From positions 1 to 64,000 of IMG/VR virus record IMGVR_UViG_3300042448_001704: DNA of 64,000 nucleotides; one strand, given 5' to 3'. Under the pieces are notes generated by a model, which made no database searches, was not told the origin of the DNA, and was given only the letters and a program-made list of their open reading frames with translations. The DNA comes from a virus. Every line of letters begins with the position of its first letter. Within the stretch, counting starts at the first letter, position 1. Positions 38,511-48,467 of this stretch are shown piece after piece. Position numbers and translations under genes: made by a program.

Positions 38511-41500
38511 TGGCTGGTGCAAGAATACAATTAAAGCGCGGTTTAGCGGCGCAGTGGACTGCATCTACTACAGTTTTACTTTCTGGTGAAATTGGATACG
38601 AGACAGACACCGACAAGTTCAAAATTGGTAACGGCACATCCCTGTGGACATCTCTTCCGTATTTCAACGGGAACTTAACTGGGTCAAACCTTAACGATCT
38701 TGCTGATGTAACTATTACTTCTGCTGCCAATGGTGACTTCCTTCGTTGGAATGGTACGGCATGGATTAACGACGCTGTAAACCTTTCAACAGACACTGTT
38801 GGGGATTATGTTGGTTCTCTTGTTGCTGGAACCGGTGTCACTCTTGCAAATAACTCTGGTGAAGGCGCAACACCTACTGTCACCGTTGATACATCGGTAA
38901 TTCAAGCAAGGGTTGCAAATGTAACAGACACAGAAATCGGCTACCTTGATGGTGTCACCTCTGCCATTCAAACACAGTTGGATACCAAATCACCTACTAA
39001 CTCACCGACATTCACAGGGACAGTAACCCTTCCAGATAACACTGTTGCTCTTGGAACCAAAACAAGCGGAGACTATGTTGCATCTTTGGTTGCTGGAACA
39101 GGTGTAACGCTCACCAATAACTCAGGTGAAACAGCAACACCAACTGTTGCAATTGGACAGGCAGTAGCCACAAATAGCAATGTTACTTTTAATGACGTAA
39201 TTGTTTCTGGAAACTTGACTGTTAGTGGATATACAACATCAATAAATACTGAAATACTTACCGTTGATGACAATGTTATTATTCTTAATAATAATGTAAC
39301 TACTGCGCCAACAGAAAACGCTGGAATTGAAATTGAGCGCGGAACATCACCAAATGTTCGTGTTCTCTGGAATGAAACAACCGACAAATGGGAAACAACT
39401 AACGACGGAACCACTTATGGAAACATAGTTACAACTGCGGATTCTGGCACTGTCACTAGCGCAATGATTACTGACGGAACCATAGTCAATGGCGATATTA
39501 ACGCTTCTGCGGCAATCGCTCTTTCAAAACTCGCTTCTGGAACATCCGCACAAGTCGTTGTTGCTGACGCTTCAGGTGTTCCAACCTACGCAACTCTTAC
39601 TGGAGATGTCACCATTTCCAATACTGGAGTTACCACAATTACGGCCAACTCAGTTTCTCTTGGAACAGACACAACGGGTGACTATGTTCAAAACCTCGTT
39701 GCTGGAACTGGAGTTACCTTAACTAACAATACTGGTGAAAGTGCTACACCTACAGTTGCAATCGGGCAATCTATAGGAACTGGCGACTCTCCGACATTTA
39801 CTGGTCTTACCATCAATGGTGCGAGCGTTGTCTTTGAGGGTGCAACGGCAAACGATTTTGAAACGACTCTTGCCGTCACTGATCCAACTGCCGACAGAAC
39901 AATCACTTTTCCTGACGCAACAACAACGGTTGTTGGAACAGACACAACTCAGACCCTTTCTAATAAAACTCTTACTACTCCTGTAATCAATGGACCGACA
40001 ATTACGGCAACTGGTCAAACACCAGTTATTCACGGTATTTTGCTTCCAGCAACACATAACATCATTTTTGAGGGAACAACAGATGATGATTTTGAAACAA
40101 CGCTGTATGTCGTAGAACCAACTGCCGACAGAACCGTAAGCCTCCCTGATGCGACGACCACCCTCGTTGGCAAGGACACAACAGATACTCTTACCAATAA
40201 AACACTGACATCTCCTAAAATTAATGAGGATGTTGCCCTTACTGCATCTGCTACCGAGTTAAACATTCTTGACGGTGCGACTCTTTCAACCACGGAACTT
40301 AACTATGTAGACGGTGTAACAAGCGCAATTCAGACACAAATGGATTTGAAATCACCACTTGCGAGTCCAACATTTACAGGAACAGTAACCGTTCCCGACA
40401 ATACTATTGCTCTTGGAACTAAAACAACTGGAGACTATGTAGCAACAATAACTGGCGGAACTGGTGTTAGTTCAACAGCCGCAACAACTGGTGAGGGAAC
40501 AACCCACACGCTGTCTATCGGTCAAGCAATCGCAACAACAGATTCACCAACCTTTGCAGGACTCACCGTCAATGGAGCAAGCGTTGTATTTGAAGGCGTA
40601 ACAGCAAACGATTTTGAAACAACCCTTACTGTCACCGACCCAACAGCGGATAGAACAATCACAATCCCCGACGCGACCGGCACAGTTGCCCTTACCTCGG
40701 ATGTTACGACTCACGCAAACCTGACGGAAGCACATGGTGCAACTGGTGCAGTAGTTGGGACAACGAACACTCAAACACTTACTAATAAAACGCTGACATC
40801 ACCAAAAATTAACGAAGACGTTGCATTGACTTCTACGGCAACAGAACTAAACGTTCTTGATGGTATTACTTCATCAACAGCAGAACTGAATATTCTTGAT
40901 GGTGTCACAGCAACCGCTGCAGAACTGAATATTCTTGACGGCGTGACCGCCACTGCGGCAGAGATTAACACTCTTGACGGAATTACTTCTTCTGTATCAG
41001 AACTAAACATTCTTGATGGTGTTACTTCCTCTGCTGCGGAACTAAATATTCTTGATGGGGCTACTCTTACTACTACAGAACTTAATTACGTAGATGGTGT
41101 AACAAGTGCGATTCAGACACAGATTGACGCGAAAGCACCAACCGCAAGTCCAACTTTTACTGGCACAGTCACACTTGCCGCAGATCCAGCATCAGCATTA
41201 CAAGCAGCAACAAAACAGTATGTTGACAATGTTGTTTCTGGAGTAAACTTTCATGCATCAGTAGTTGCAGCAACATCTGGCAATCTCGCTGGAACATACA
41301 GCAATGGAACCAGCGGTGTAGGCGCAACGCTAACAAAAGCAACAAATGGTGCAATTGGAACTATTGACGGTGCAACAGTAGTTGTTGGAAACAGAATTCT
41401 TCTCAAGTCGCAGACTGATGCTAAAGAAAACGGTATCTATATCGTTACCGCAGTTGGCAGCGTCAGTGCCCCTTGGGTAGTAACCAGAGCAACAGATGCT

Positions 41501-42310
41501 GATAACAATCCATCAGGCGAATTGGCTAATGGCGACTTCTGCTTCGTAACTGGTGGCTCAACTAATGGTGGATACGGATACATCAATAGTTCTTCTGCAA
41601 ATCCAATTGTTATTGGAACTGACGATGTTACGTACGCAGTATTTAACGCAGCTCAAATTGTAACTGGCGGTGCTGGTCTTGCTTTTACTGGAAATGTTCT
41701 TGATATCGGCACTGCATCAGTTAGCAGAATTGTTGTCAATGCTAACGACATCGATCTTGCTTCTGGTATTGCGACAATCGGAACCTATCAATCAGTAACT
41801 GTAGATACATATGGCCGAGTAACTGCTGGAACAAACCCAACAACGCTTTCTGGATACGGCATCACTGACGCAGCGCCAATCAATAACGCATCATTTACGG
41901 GAACATTCTCTGCTCCTTCTGGAACTATCACTAGCACGATGATTACGGATGGCACAATCGTCAATGGTGACATCAGTACTTCAGCCGCAATTGCTCTATC
42001 AAAACTTGCTTCAGGAACGTCTGCTCAAGTAATTGTTGCCAGCAGTGCTGGTGTCCCAACATATGTAACACTTTCTGGCGATGTCACCATCTCGGATACG
42101 GGTGTTGCCACAATTCAAGCCGACTCAGTAGCTTTAGGGACAGACACAACAGGTTCGTATGTAACATCCCTTGTTGCAGGAACTGGTATAACATTAACCA
42201 ACAACTCTGGAGAAAGCGCCACTCCGACAGTTGCTGTAACGGCAAACACTTATGACGCATATGGTTCCGCACGGAATCTTGAAATTAAATTCCTTATGGA
42301 GGTTATGTAA
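38510..42310 (+). CDS. Long repeat-built tail fibre with an Mtd_N-like N-terminus
   Basis: RIQLKRG...W...LLSGEIGYETDTDKFKIGNG...W..LPY, followed by multiple internal repeats; 1266 aa. Confidence 0.85.
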   Translation: MAGARIQLKRGLAAQWTASTTVLLSGEIGYETDTDKFKIGNGTSLWTSLPYFNGNLTGSNLNDLADVTITSAANGDFLRWNGTAWINDAVNLSTDTVGDYVGSLVAGTGVTLANNSGEGATPTVTVDTSVIQARVANVTDTEIGYLDGVTSAIQTQLDTKSPTNSPTFTGTVTLPDNTVALGTKTSGDYVASLVAGTGVTLTNNSGETATPTVAIGQAVATNSNVTFNDVIVSGNLTVSGYTTSINTEILTVDDNVIILNNNVTTAPTENAGIEIERGTSPNVRVLWNETTDKWETTNDGTTYGNIVTTADSGTVTSAMITDGTIVNGDINASAAIALSKLASGTSAQVVVADASGVPTYATLTGDVTISNTGVTTITANSVSLGTDTTGDYVQNLVAGTGVTLTNNTGESATPTVAIGQSIGTGDSPTFTGLTINGASVVFEGATANDFETTLAVTDPTADRTITFPDATTTVVGTDTTQTLSNKTLTTPVINGPTITATGQTPVIHGILLPATHNIIFEGTTDDDFETTLYVVEPTADRTVSLPDATTTLVGKDTTDTLTNKTLTSPKINEDVALTASATELNILDGATLSTTELNYVDGVTSAIQTQMDLKSPLASPTFTGTVTVPDNTIALGTKTTGDYVATITGGTGVSSTAATTGEGTTHTLSIGQAIATTDSPTFAGLTVNGASVVFEGVTANDFETTLTVTDPTADRTITIPDATGTVALTSDVTTHANLTEAHGATGAVVGTTNTQTLTNKTLTSPKINEDVALTSTATELNVLDGITSSTAELNILDGVTATAAELNILDGVTATAAEINTLDGITSSVSELNILDGVTSSAAELNILDGATLTTTELNYVDGVTSAIQTQIDAKAPTASPTFTGTVTLAADPASALQAATKQYVDNVVSGVNFHASVVAATSGNLAGTYSNGTSGVGATLTKATNGAIGTIDGATVVVGNRILLKSQTDAKENGIYIVTAVGSVSAPWVVTRATDADNNPSGELANGDFCFVTGGSTNGGYGYINSSSANPIVIGTDDVTYAVFNAAQIVTGGAGLAFTGNVLDIGTASVSRIVVNANDIDLASGIATIGTYQSVTVDTYGRVTAGTNPTTLSGYGITDAAPINNASFTGTFSAPSGTITSTMITDGTIVNGDISTSAAIALSKLASGTSAQVIVASSAGVPTYVTLSGDVTISDTGVATIQADSVALGTDTTGSYVTSLVAGTGITLTNNSGESATPTVAVTANTYDAYGSARNLEIKFLMEVM
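40840..41105 (+). repeat. Tandem 14-aa (42-bp) repeats ELN(I/V)LDGxTxxxx in the long fibre
   Basis: About six to seven consecutive copies (ELNVLDGIT, ELNILDGVT x2, EINTLDGIT, ELNILDGVT, ELNILDGAT, ELNYVDGVT). Confidence 0.85.
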
Positions 42311-42669
42311 TGGCATTGACACAAAAGCGACTTGCTGGTCCCGCGCAGTTAACGGCATCTTCTGCTGTTTACTACACGGTTCCAGTCAGCACAACGACAA
42401 TTGTTAAACAGATTATTTTGACAAACACAACAGCATCGGCCAAAACCGTAACCGTACGCCTGAAGCCATTGGGTGTTACTGAAGCAGCAACCCACGACAT
42501 CGTTAGCGCAATGTCCCTTGCAGCAAATGAAACCATGTCCTTTAACTGTTCATTAGTTTTAAACAACAACGGATCAACAGCAAGTGCTACGAATAGTGAT
42601 CAATTGACTGCTCTTTGCAGTTCTGCTACTTCTGTTAATATAACCGTGGTTGGTGTAGAAGAGGCATAA
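42310..42669 (+). CDS. Small beta-sandwich virion protein (fibre adaptor-like)
   Basis: YYTVPVSTTTIVKQIILTN...VNITVVGVE; coupled to the fibre gene. Confidence 0.7.
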   Translation: MALTQKRLAGPAQLTASSAVYYTVPVSTTTIVKQIILTNTTASAKTVTVRLKPLGVTEAATHDIVSAMSLAANETMSFNCSLVLNNNGSTASATNSDQLTALCSSATSVNITVVGVEEA

Positions 42670-43379
42670 TGGCTGGAATGGTTCGCTACCCTGCGGCTAA
42701 CGCAATGGCGTCATTTATTGATGCTCCAGATCCTGTTTATGGAACAGGGTCTGATGGTGATGCAACCCTTGATGGAACTACAACCGTTTTGAGCATGGCA
42801 CCGTCGTCTAGTGTTTATTCAATGACGCAAGATTTGTATTTTAATAACTTGATAATCAATGCTGGCGTTACATTAAAACCAAACGGTTACAGAATATTTG
42901 TAAAGAATTTATTAACTTTTGGTGGAAACAACTCAACAATTGGTTTCACGACTGGATACGCAACTAGCGGATCAATCTTTCAAGGCGGAGCCGCCGCCAC
43001 TGCTGTCACGCACAGTCTTGGTGGATCAGCAACTGGTTTTACGGCAACTGCACCAACCGCGGGTACTGGCGGTAGCGCATACTACACAATTCCACGACAA
43101 GCAGTTCAGGGATACTCTATAACAGCGTCAGGAGGCCCTACATGGCTTCGTGGGGGTGCTGGTGGCACTGCGCAGGCTGGTGGGGCTGTAATCATCCTTG
43201 CAGCTCGTTACATTGCGGCTCCACCTTCAGGGACTGGATACATTAAAGCTCCAGGTACAGCACCTGCGGGTGGTGGAGTTATTTTAATTGTTTCATCTGC
43301 AGCCACTTTACCTGCTGGCGTCTCTACAGATGTAACAGGTCAAAACGCTGGAACAGTGAATTACATGCAGTTGGTGTAA
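42669..43379 (+). CDS. Gly-rich virion protein, paralogue A
   Basis: YGTGSDGD...YFNNLII...GYRIFVK...GGAVIILAA...GGGVILIV. Confidence 0.75.
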   Translation: MAGMVRYPAANAMASFIDAPDPVYGTGSDGDATLDGTTTVLSMAPSSSVYSMTQDLYFNNLIINAGVTLKPNGYRIFVKNLLTFGGNNSTIGFTTGYATSGSIFQGGAAATAVTHSLGGSATGFTATAPTAGTGGSAYYTIPRQAVQGYSITASGGPTWLRGGAGGTAQAGGAVIILAARYIAAPPSGTGYIKAPGTAPAGGGVILIVSSAATLPAGVSTDVTGQNAGTVNYMQLV

Positions 43380-43380
43380 A

Positions 43381-44802
43381 ATGGCGGGAATTCAAAAATC
43401 TGGTTCGTTAGTAAAAGTACAGCGCGCAGGAAATGATCAGCTTTATGGAAATGGCGCTGATGGTGATGTGACAATCTCTGGAACAGTCACATTAACTAGT
43501 GACAAGAATTATAATTCTTTAACCGTCCCATTGGGAACATTTCTATACACCGCCGGCTTCAGAGTATTCGTCAAAACGACAGCCGTCATTAACGGTGTTG
43601 TCGGTGTTGCAACAGTCACAGGAAACTCTGCTGGCGTATCCAACGGCACCATCACTAGTCCTGGATCTTTAATATCAACAGGAACAGCACCAGGCCACAC
43701 CAACTCTTCAATTACATACCGTTTAGGTGGTGAAGGCGGAGGAGCAACTGCTCCAGGGACTTCAGTTCTTCCTTCTTTTTTAATTAAAAAATTTGAGGCT
43801 TTAACTGGAACAATAATTGATGCCACATATGCGTCTACACCTATTGCGCTTGCTGGTGGTTCAAAAGGAACAACAGGGACAGTCGGAACAACCACCCCGA
43901 TTGTTACGGGAACATGGCCCGGGAAGTCCGGTACCGCAGGTTCAAACGGTGGACACCCAACAAATGGCACAACTGTTGGTGCAGCAGGCGGTAAAGGTGC
44001 TACAGGCGCTGATGGAACAACAACTGGTGCCACCACTGGCGCAGGTGGTGCAGGTGGCGCTGGCGCTGCAGGTGGCGCAGTGGTTATTTTGATTGCTAAA
44101 ACAATCACAGGAACCGGAACAGTTGCTTCTCTCGGGATGATTGGTACTGTTGGATCTGCTGGTGCTACAGGAAACCCTGGAACCGCAGGCGCAGCAGGCG
44201 CGGCCGCCCCTAACTACACGGTTACTCCGCATTCAGCTTCACCAACGCATCACCATACACCGAATGGACATGTGCATCCGCATGTGCATACACACCCACA
44301 TCATACTACTCACCCACATCATTTGGTGTACCCACATCATCACGTAAACCATACGCATACGGTGCATCCGCATCACCACTACAACACCGGTTATTCCGAC
44401 ATACATGACCATACCCCTGGTGGGCACCATCATGTGGGTCATCACCATACGACCTATAACCACCACCATACACCAGGTGGGCATCACCATACACCAGGTG
44501 GGCATCACCATACACCCAACGGACATGCGCATCCACATAGTCACGTACAAAGTCATTCACATCATGTTGCCAATCCAACTATTCATTATGCAGGTGGTGC
44601 AGGCGGTGCAGGCGGTGCAGCTTCTCCTGCGGTGACGGGTGGAACAGGAAAACGCGGTGGTGCAGGCGGTGGCGGATCAATAATTGTTCTTACTGAAACG
44701 ACACCATCTGGGCTAAACTATGATGTACGCTCAGGTACGACGGCAGATTCTGATACTTTTTCAGGTTCTTCTGGAACGACCTACATACTTTTAAACGCCT
44801 AA
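43381..44802 (+). CDS. Gly-rich virion protein, paralogue B, with a His-rich insert
   Basis: YGNGADGD...YNSLTV...GFRVFVK...GGAVVILIA...GGGSIIVL; about 48 His in 119 residues at 44230-44586. Confidence 0.8.
   Translation: MAGIQKSGSLVKVQRAGNDQLYGNGADGDVTISGTVTLTSDKNYNSLTVPLGTFLYTAGFRVFVKTTAVINGVVGVATVTGNSAGVSNGTITSPGSLISTGTAPGHTNSSITYRLGGEGGGATAPGTSVLPSFLIKKFEALTGTIIDATYASTPIALAGGSKGTTGTVGTTTPIVTGTWPGKSGTAGSNGGHPTNGTTVGAAGGKGATGADGTTTGATTGAGGAGGAGAAGGAVVILIAKTITGTGTVASLGMIGTVGSAGATGNPGTAGAAGAAAPNYTVTPHSASPTHHHTPNGHVHPHVHTHPHHTTHPHHLVYPHHHVNHTHTVHPHHHYNTGYSDIHDHTPGGHHHVGHHHTTYNHHHTPGGHHHTPGGHHHTPNGHAHPHSHVQSHSHHVANPTIHYAGGAGGAGGAASPAVTGGTGKRGGAGGGGSIIVLTETTPSGLNYDVRSGTTADSDTFSGSSGTTYILLNA
44461..44523 (+). 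repeat. 21-bp tandem repeat encoding HHHTP(G/N)G, three copies
   Basis: caccaccatacaccaggtggg catcaccatacaccaggtggg catcaccatacacccaacgga; related units near 44248 and 44404. Confidence 0.85.
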
Positions 44803-44815
44803 AATTGGAGACATC

Positions 44816-45043
44816 ATGGAATTTGAACTAACGGCAGAACAAAAAATAAGTGCTTTGAATAATGTCAAAATACAAGTTATCAATGAAATGTATTCAATGA
44901 TTTTGTTTCTTGGTCTTGATCCAGATACTTTTGATTCATCAACATGGGTGCACGACGACACCCCAACAGGTAATGAGGCACGACTGATTTCTCTTATTTC
45001 TACCGTTGCTATGGTTAATACAAAGATTGCTGCACTGTCATAA
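44816..45043 (+). CDS. Cassette small protein, copy 1 (unknown function)
   Basis: 75 aa; LTAEQKISAL...EMYSMILFLGLDPDTFD; similar to 54949..55188. Confidence 0.8.
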   Translation: MEFELTAEQKISALNNVKIQVINEMYSMILFLGLDPDTFDSSTWVHDDTPTGNEARLISLISTVAMVNTKIAALS

Positions 45044-45058
45044 TTTTAAAAGGTATAA

Positions 45059-46159
45059 ATGAGTGATATCTCAACAATAGACACTTCCCTGTATGAATAC
45101 TATTATTTAGTTGATACTCAAGAAGATTTTAAGCTATATACAAGAACGCCTAATGGTGATACAGAATTTACTGATTATAATGTATTTTCTATAGATGAAA
45201 AATCAATATTAGCGTTTAAGAAAAATATTAAAAGGCCTTTAATAAATTATAGTTATTTTTTAAAAACAGAAGATAATGAATATGTTATAAATTCATTAGA
45301 CTATGAACAATATATAACACTTATTTCACAAAATAATTTTTATTCTAAAAGTCTTTATACAATAATGAATTTTGTTCCTGCTGAAAATCATAGAGCAGTA
45401 GTTCATAATTTAATTTTGCCATATGATACTAGATGCGATACATCAACTTTTTCTTTTATTCCGTATCAAATTTATGATGGAGTAAAGACCACGACTAACG
45501 ATCCAACAAGGTTAAATGTTTCAACAATTGAAACACATACACCACTCATGACATCTACTGGTATAAGTGCAATTTCATTAACAGTAGTATCAAATATAGA
45601 AACTTCTTTTCGTGATTGGCCAACGGTTACACGTAGTGCAAAAACAATTATGGGTGTAATGAAACTTCTAATTGAATGGGCTTCACTGTTAGATGCCCCT
45701 TTCAATAGTTCTGATGAACTCCCGCAAGATGCAAAAAATTTTATTGATTCTTTAAAAATACCACAAGCAGTTCTTGATGAGATATCAATAACACAAGAAG
45801 ATATGCCTCTTTATAGGTATTTAAAAGGCATACCCAATTCGCGTCATGGATTCATAGAACAAGAAGAATTATCGCCTCTTTTTGCTGAATGGCTTTACAA
45901 GCAAATGATGTTTAGAACCCTTAACTCAATGGCTTTAAATCATCCCGATACTCCAAATTTTCCAGAAGAAGTGCTTAACTTGGAAAAAGCAAAAATAGAA
46001 GCAATTATTTATGGTGCCTGCGTCCTGTATGGACTAGATTATGAAACAGCAACACCTGACCAAATTATCAGTTCCCTTCCTCTTGAATCCGAAATATATC
46101 AAGTAGAAACTATTAAAACCGTCAAGGATGCAATAAACAATCGCAACGCATACCTGTAG
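45059..46159 (+). CDS. Cassette large protein, copy 1 (unknown function)
   Basis: 366 aa; EWASLLDAPFNS...LDEI...DMPLYRYLKG; similar to 54237..54947. Confidence 0.8.
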   Translation: MSDISTIDTSLYEYYYLVDTQEDFKLYTRTPNGDTEFTDYNVFSIDEKSILAFKKNIKRPLINYSYFLKTEDNEYVINSLDYEQYITLISQNNFYSKSLYTIMNFVPAENHRAVVHNLILPYDTRCDTSTFSFIPYQIYDGVKTTTNDPTRLNVSTIETHTPLMTSTGISAISLTVVSNIETSFRDWPTVTRSAKTIMGVMKLLIEWASLLDAPFNSSDELPQDAKNFIDSLKIPQAVLDEISITQEDMPLYRYLKGIPNSRHGFIEQEELSPLFAEWLYKQMMFRTLNSMALNHPDTPNFPEEVLNLEKAKIEAIIYGACVLYGLDYETATPDQIISSLPLESEIYQVETIKTVKDAINNRNAYL

Positions 46160-46164
46160 GAAAA

Positions 46165-47670
46165 ATGAATAACAAAATATCTTTTGCAATAGTTGGTTCT
46201 GGCACAGCAGGATTAGTAGCCGCATTAATGCTAAGAAAAGCTTTTAGAGATGCAGACATAACCGTTATCTCATCTTCTCAAATTGGGATAGTTGGTGTTG
46301 GTGAAGGATCAACAGAGCATTGGAAAATGTTTATGGAATCTTGCGATATTCCAGTAGAGGAACTAATTGTAAATAGTTCAGCGACCCATAAAAATGGAAT
46401 ACGATTTGAAAACTGGACTAATCATACTCCCGACTATTTCCATAGCATTGGTGGAATAGATGAAATTTTTGCCAACGGACTTTATGCATCCTATATGGGT
46501 ATGATTGAAAATAAACAATTAATTACTAATCAGACATCAAGTGTTGGATTGGTAACTAACAAAATTGGACGCAACAATATACACAAAACAGTAAATCAAT
46601 TTCACTTTGATACATATCAACTTAACGACTATTTAATGGGTATATGTTTTAATAGAATGATTAAATTTGTTGAAGGAAATGTAGATTCGGTTAATCTAGA
46701 TTCTGAAAATGGAACAGTCAAATCAGTCAATGTGAATAACGGAACCATGGTTGATGCTGATTTTTGGTTTGACGCAAGTGGTTTTTCCCGCGTAATCATG
46801 AATTCCCTAGAGAATACTGAATGGGAATCTTTTTCTCCTTACCTATTGGCGGATTCTGCAATCGCATTCCCAACAGAGTCTGACCCAAATGGCCAGATAC
46901 GACCATACACACGCGCCCGTGCGGCATCTTCTGGTTGGATGTGGGAAATACCAACACAAGAGCGGCGGGGAAACGGTTATGTATTTTCGTCTGCGCACAT
47001 ATCTGTAGATAAAGCAATAGAAGAAGCTGAGAAGATTAGTGGATACAAGGTTAAAGACAATCCACGAACATTCAAATATGATGCTGGTTATCTAAAAAAT
47101 CAGTGGGTTAAGAATTGTGTTGCCGTTGGTCTTGCAGGTGCTTTTGTTGAGCCGCTAGAAGCGACAAGTATTGGTAGCACGATAATTTTAATGAAGTCTT
47201 TAATGCAAAGCCTTTCTTCATATACTAAAGAGTCTGAAAAAATGCAGACTGCATACAACAAGATGACTAAAGAAACAATGAGAAACATACTAACGATGAT
47301 AAGACTTCATTATGTTTCCGATAGAAGAGATACTCAATTTTGGATAGATCAATCAAACATGCCAATCAATGATGAATTGCAAGAGCTGATTGATTTATGG
47401 TCAGAGCGTCCACCATCTCGGTATGATTCATACAATCAACAACATCTAATGTTTCAAACCCCTCATCTGGCTCATGTAATGCAAGGACAAGGACTAATAC
47501 CTCCTGAACCTTCCTCAATCGCCCTAGACAGACTCAACATAAGAGATATTGTACGTGCGGAAATTGATAAAATCAGAAATTCACGACACGCACATGAACT
47601 TATTGACCATAGAGTAGGGTTAATGGAAATCAAACTTATTGACGAGGAGTACAGCAATGGAATTCAATAA
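46165..47670 (+). CDS. Flavin-dependent tryptophan halogenase-family protein
   Basis: GSGTAG, VGVGEGST, ATHKNGIRFENW (catalytic Lys position), DASGF, WMWEIP, FVEPLEATSI. Confidence 0.92.
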   Translation: MNNKISFAIVGSGTAGLVAALMLRKAFRDADITVISSSQIGIVGVGEGSTEHWKMFMESCDIPVEELIVNSSATHKNGIRFENWTNHTPDYFHSIGGIDEIFANGLYASYMGMIENKQLITNQTSSVGLVTNKIGRNNIHKTVNQFHFDTYQLNDYLMGICFNRMIKFVEGNVDSVNLDSENGTVKSVNVNNGTMVDADFWFDASGFSRVIMNSLENTEWESFSPYLLADSAIAFPTESDPNGQIRPYTRARAASSGWMWEIPTQERRGNGYVFSSAHISVDKAIEEAEKISGYKVKDNPRTFKYDAGYLKNQWVKNCVAVGLAGAFVEPLEATSIGSTIILMKSLMQSLSSYTKESEKMQTAYNKMTKETMRNILTMIRLHYVSDRRDTQFWIDQSNMPINDELQELIDLWSERPPSRYDSYNQQHLMFQTPHLAHVMQGQGLIPPEPSSIALDRLNIRDIVRAEIDKIRNSRHAHELIDHRVGLMEIKLIDEEYSNGIQ

Positions 47671-48421
47671 AAAAGTGAAACCTGGTCAAGTAAGAATAAC
47701 ACCAGAAGACAATCGCTTAATGACAATGCCCCCATATCTTAATGGTCCAACAAGCATGCCTAAATGGTACAGAGCATTAAGCAAGTCTCGTGGAATGAAG
47801 AAGTGCGCAGCAATAAACGACTATTTGTCTCTGGGGATGACAATGCCTCTTTGGAGCAATATCTTTTTTAGACCGTCTCCAGAAGGTAATTTTTGGGAAT
47901 CACGAATTGAAAATATGCAACCCCCTCTTCGCAACCTTCAAATTGATGGTTTCAATTATGAACAACATGGGCAATGTCCAATAACTGGAGTGCGCAAAAT
48001 TGAAAATGCACAAATTCCTAAAATAGTAACTCCTTGGAGAATAGAAACAGCACCAGGTTGGTCTTGTTTGTTTCTTCCAGTTCTATGGGAACCAAGCAAC
48101 GACTATGATGTTCTTCCAAGCATTGTGCATACTGATTTTTATCACACTGTAAACATTGTTTTAAATATAAAAACAAATACCGATTTTGTGATTCCATATG
48201 GAACATCGATGTATCACATTATTCCATTTAAAAGAACAAGTAATTTCAAAGAAATTAAATTTGAAGATGAATCACGTTTTAAGTATGTTGATGTTACTGG
48301 ATTTGGATCTGGATTCTTAATGCCAAGCACTGGAACAGCCGGACCATATAGGCGCGCCAGACACAAAATTGATTTAGGGTTAGAAAACAAAAAATCCAAA
48401 TGGTGGAATTTTAATAAATAA
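47657..48421 (+). CDS. Conserved phage protein (DUF6065-like), typical neighbour of oxygenases
   Basis: PKWY...MKKCAAINDYLSLG...PWRIETAPGWSCLF...SIVHTD...IPYGT...IIPFKR; family name from recall only. Confidence 0.6.
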   Translation: MEFNKKVKPGQVRITPEDNRLMTMPPYLNGPTSMPKWYRALSKSRGMKKCAAINDYLSLGMTMPLWSNIFFRPSPEGNFWESRIENMQPPLRNLQIDGFNYEQHGQCPITGVRKIENAQIPKIVTPWRIETAPGWSCLFLPVLWEPSNDYDVLPSIVHTDFYHTVNIVLNIKTNTDFVIPYGTSMYHIIPFKRTSNFKEIKFEDESRFKYVDVTGFGSGFLMPSTGTAGPYRRARHKIDLGLENKKSKWWNFNK

Positions 48422-48467
48422 AACAAGGTATTGTCTTGTTTGCAATAAAGAAATATAGTTGTTTATT

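Noticed and set aside
38510-38670. Diversity-generating retroelement suggested by the Mtd_N-like start
   Set aside because: No reverse transcriptase and no template/variable repeat pair with A-specific mismatches seen; this N-terminus is a common fibre anchor.
44239-44578. Met/Val/Trp-rich minus-strand ORFs
   Set aside because: Reverse complement of the His codons (CAT/CAC read as ATG/GTG).
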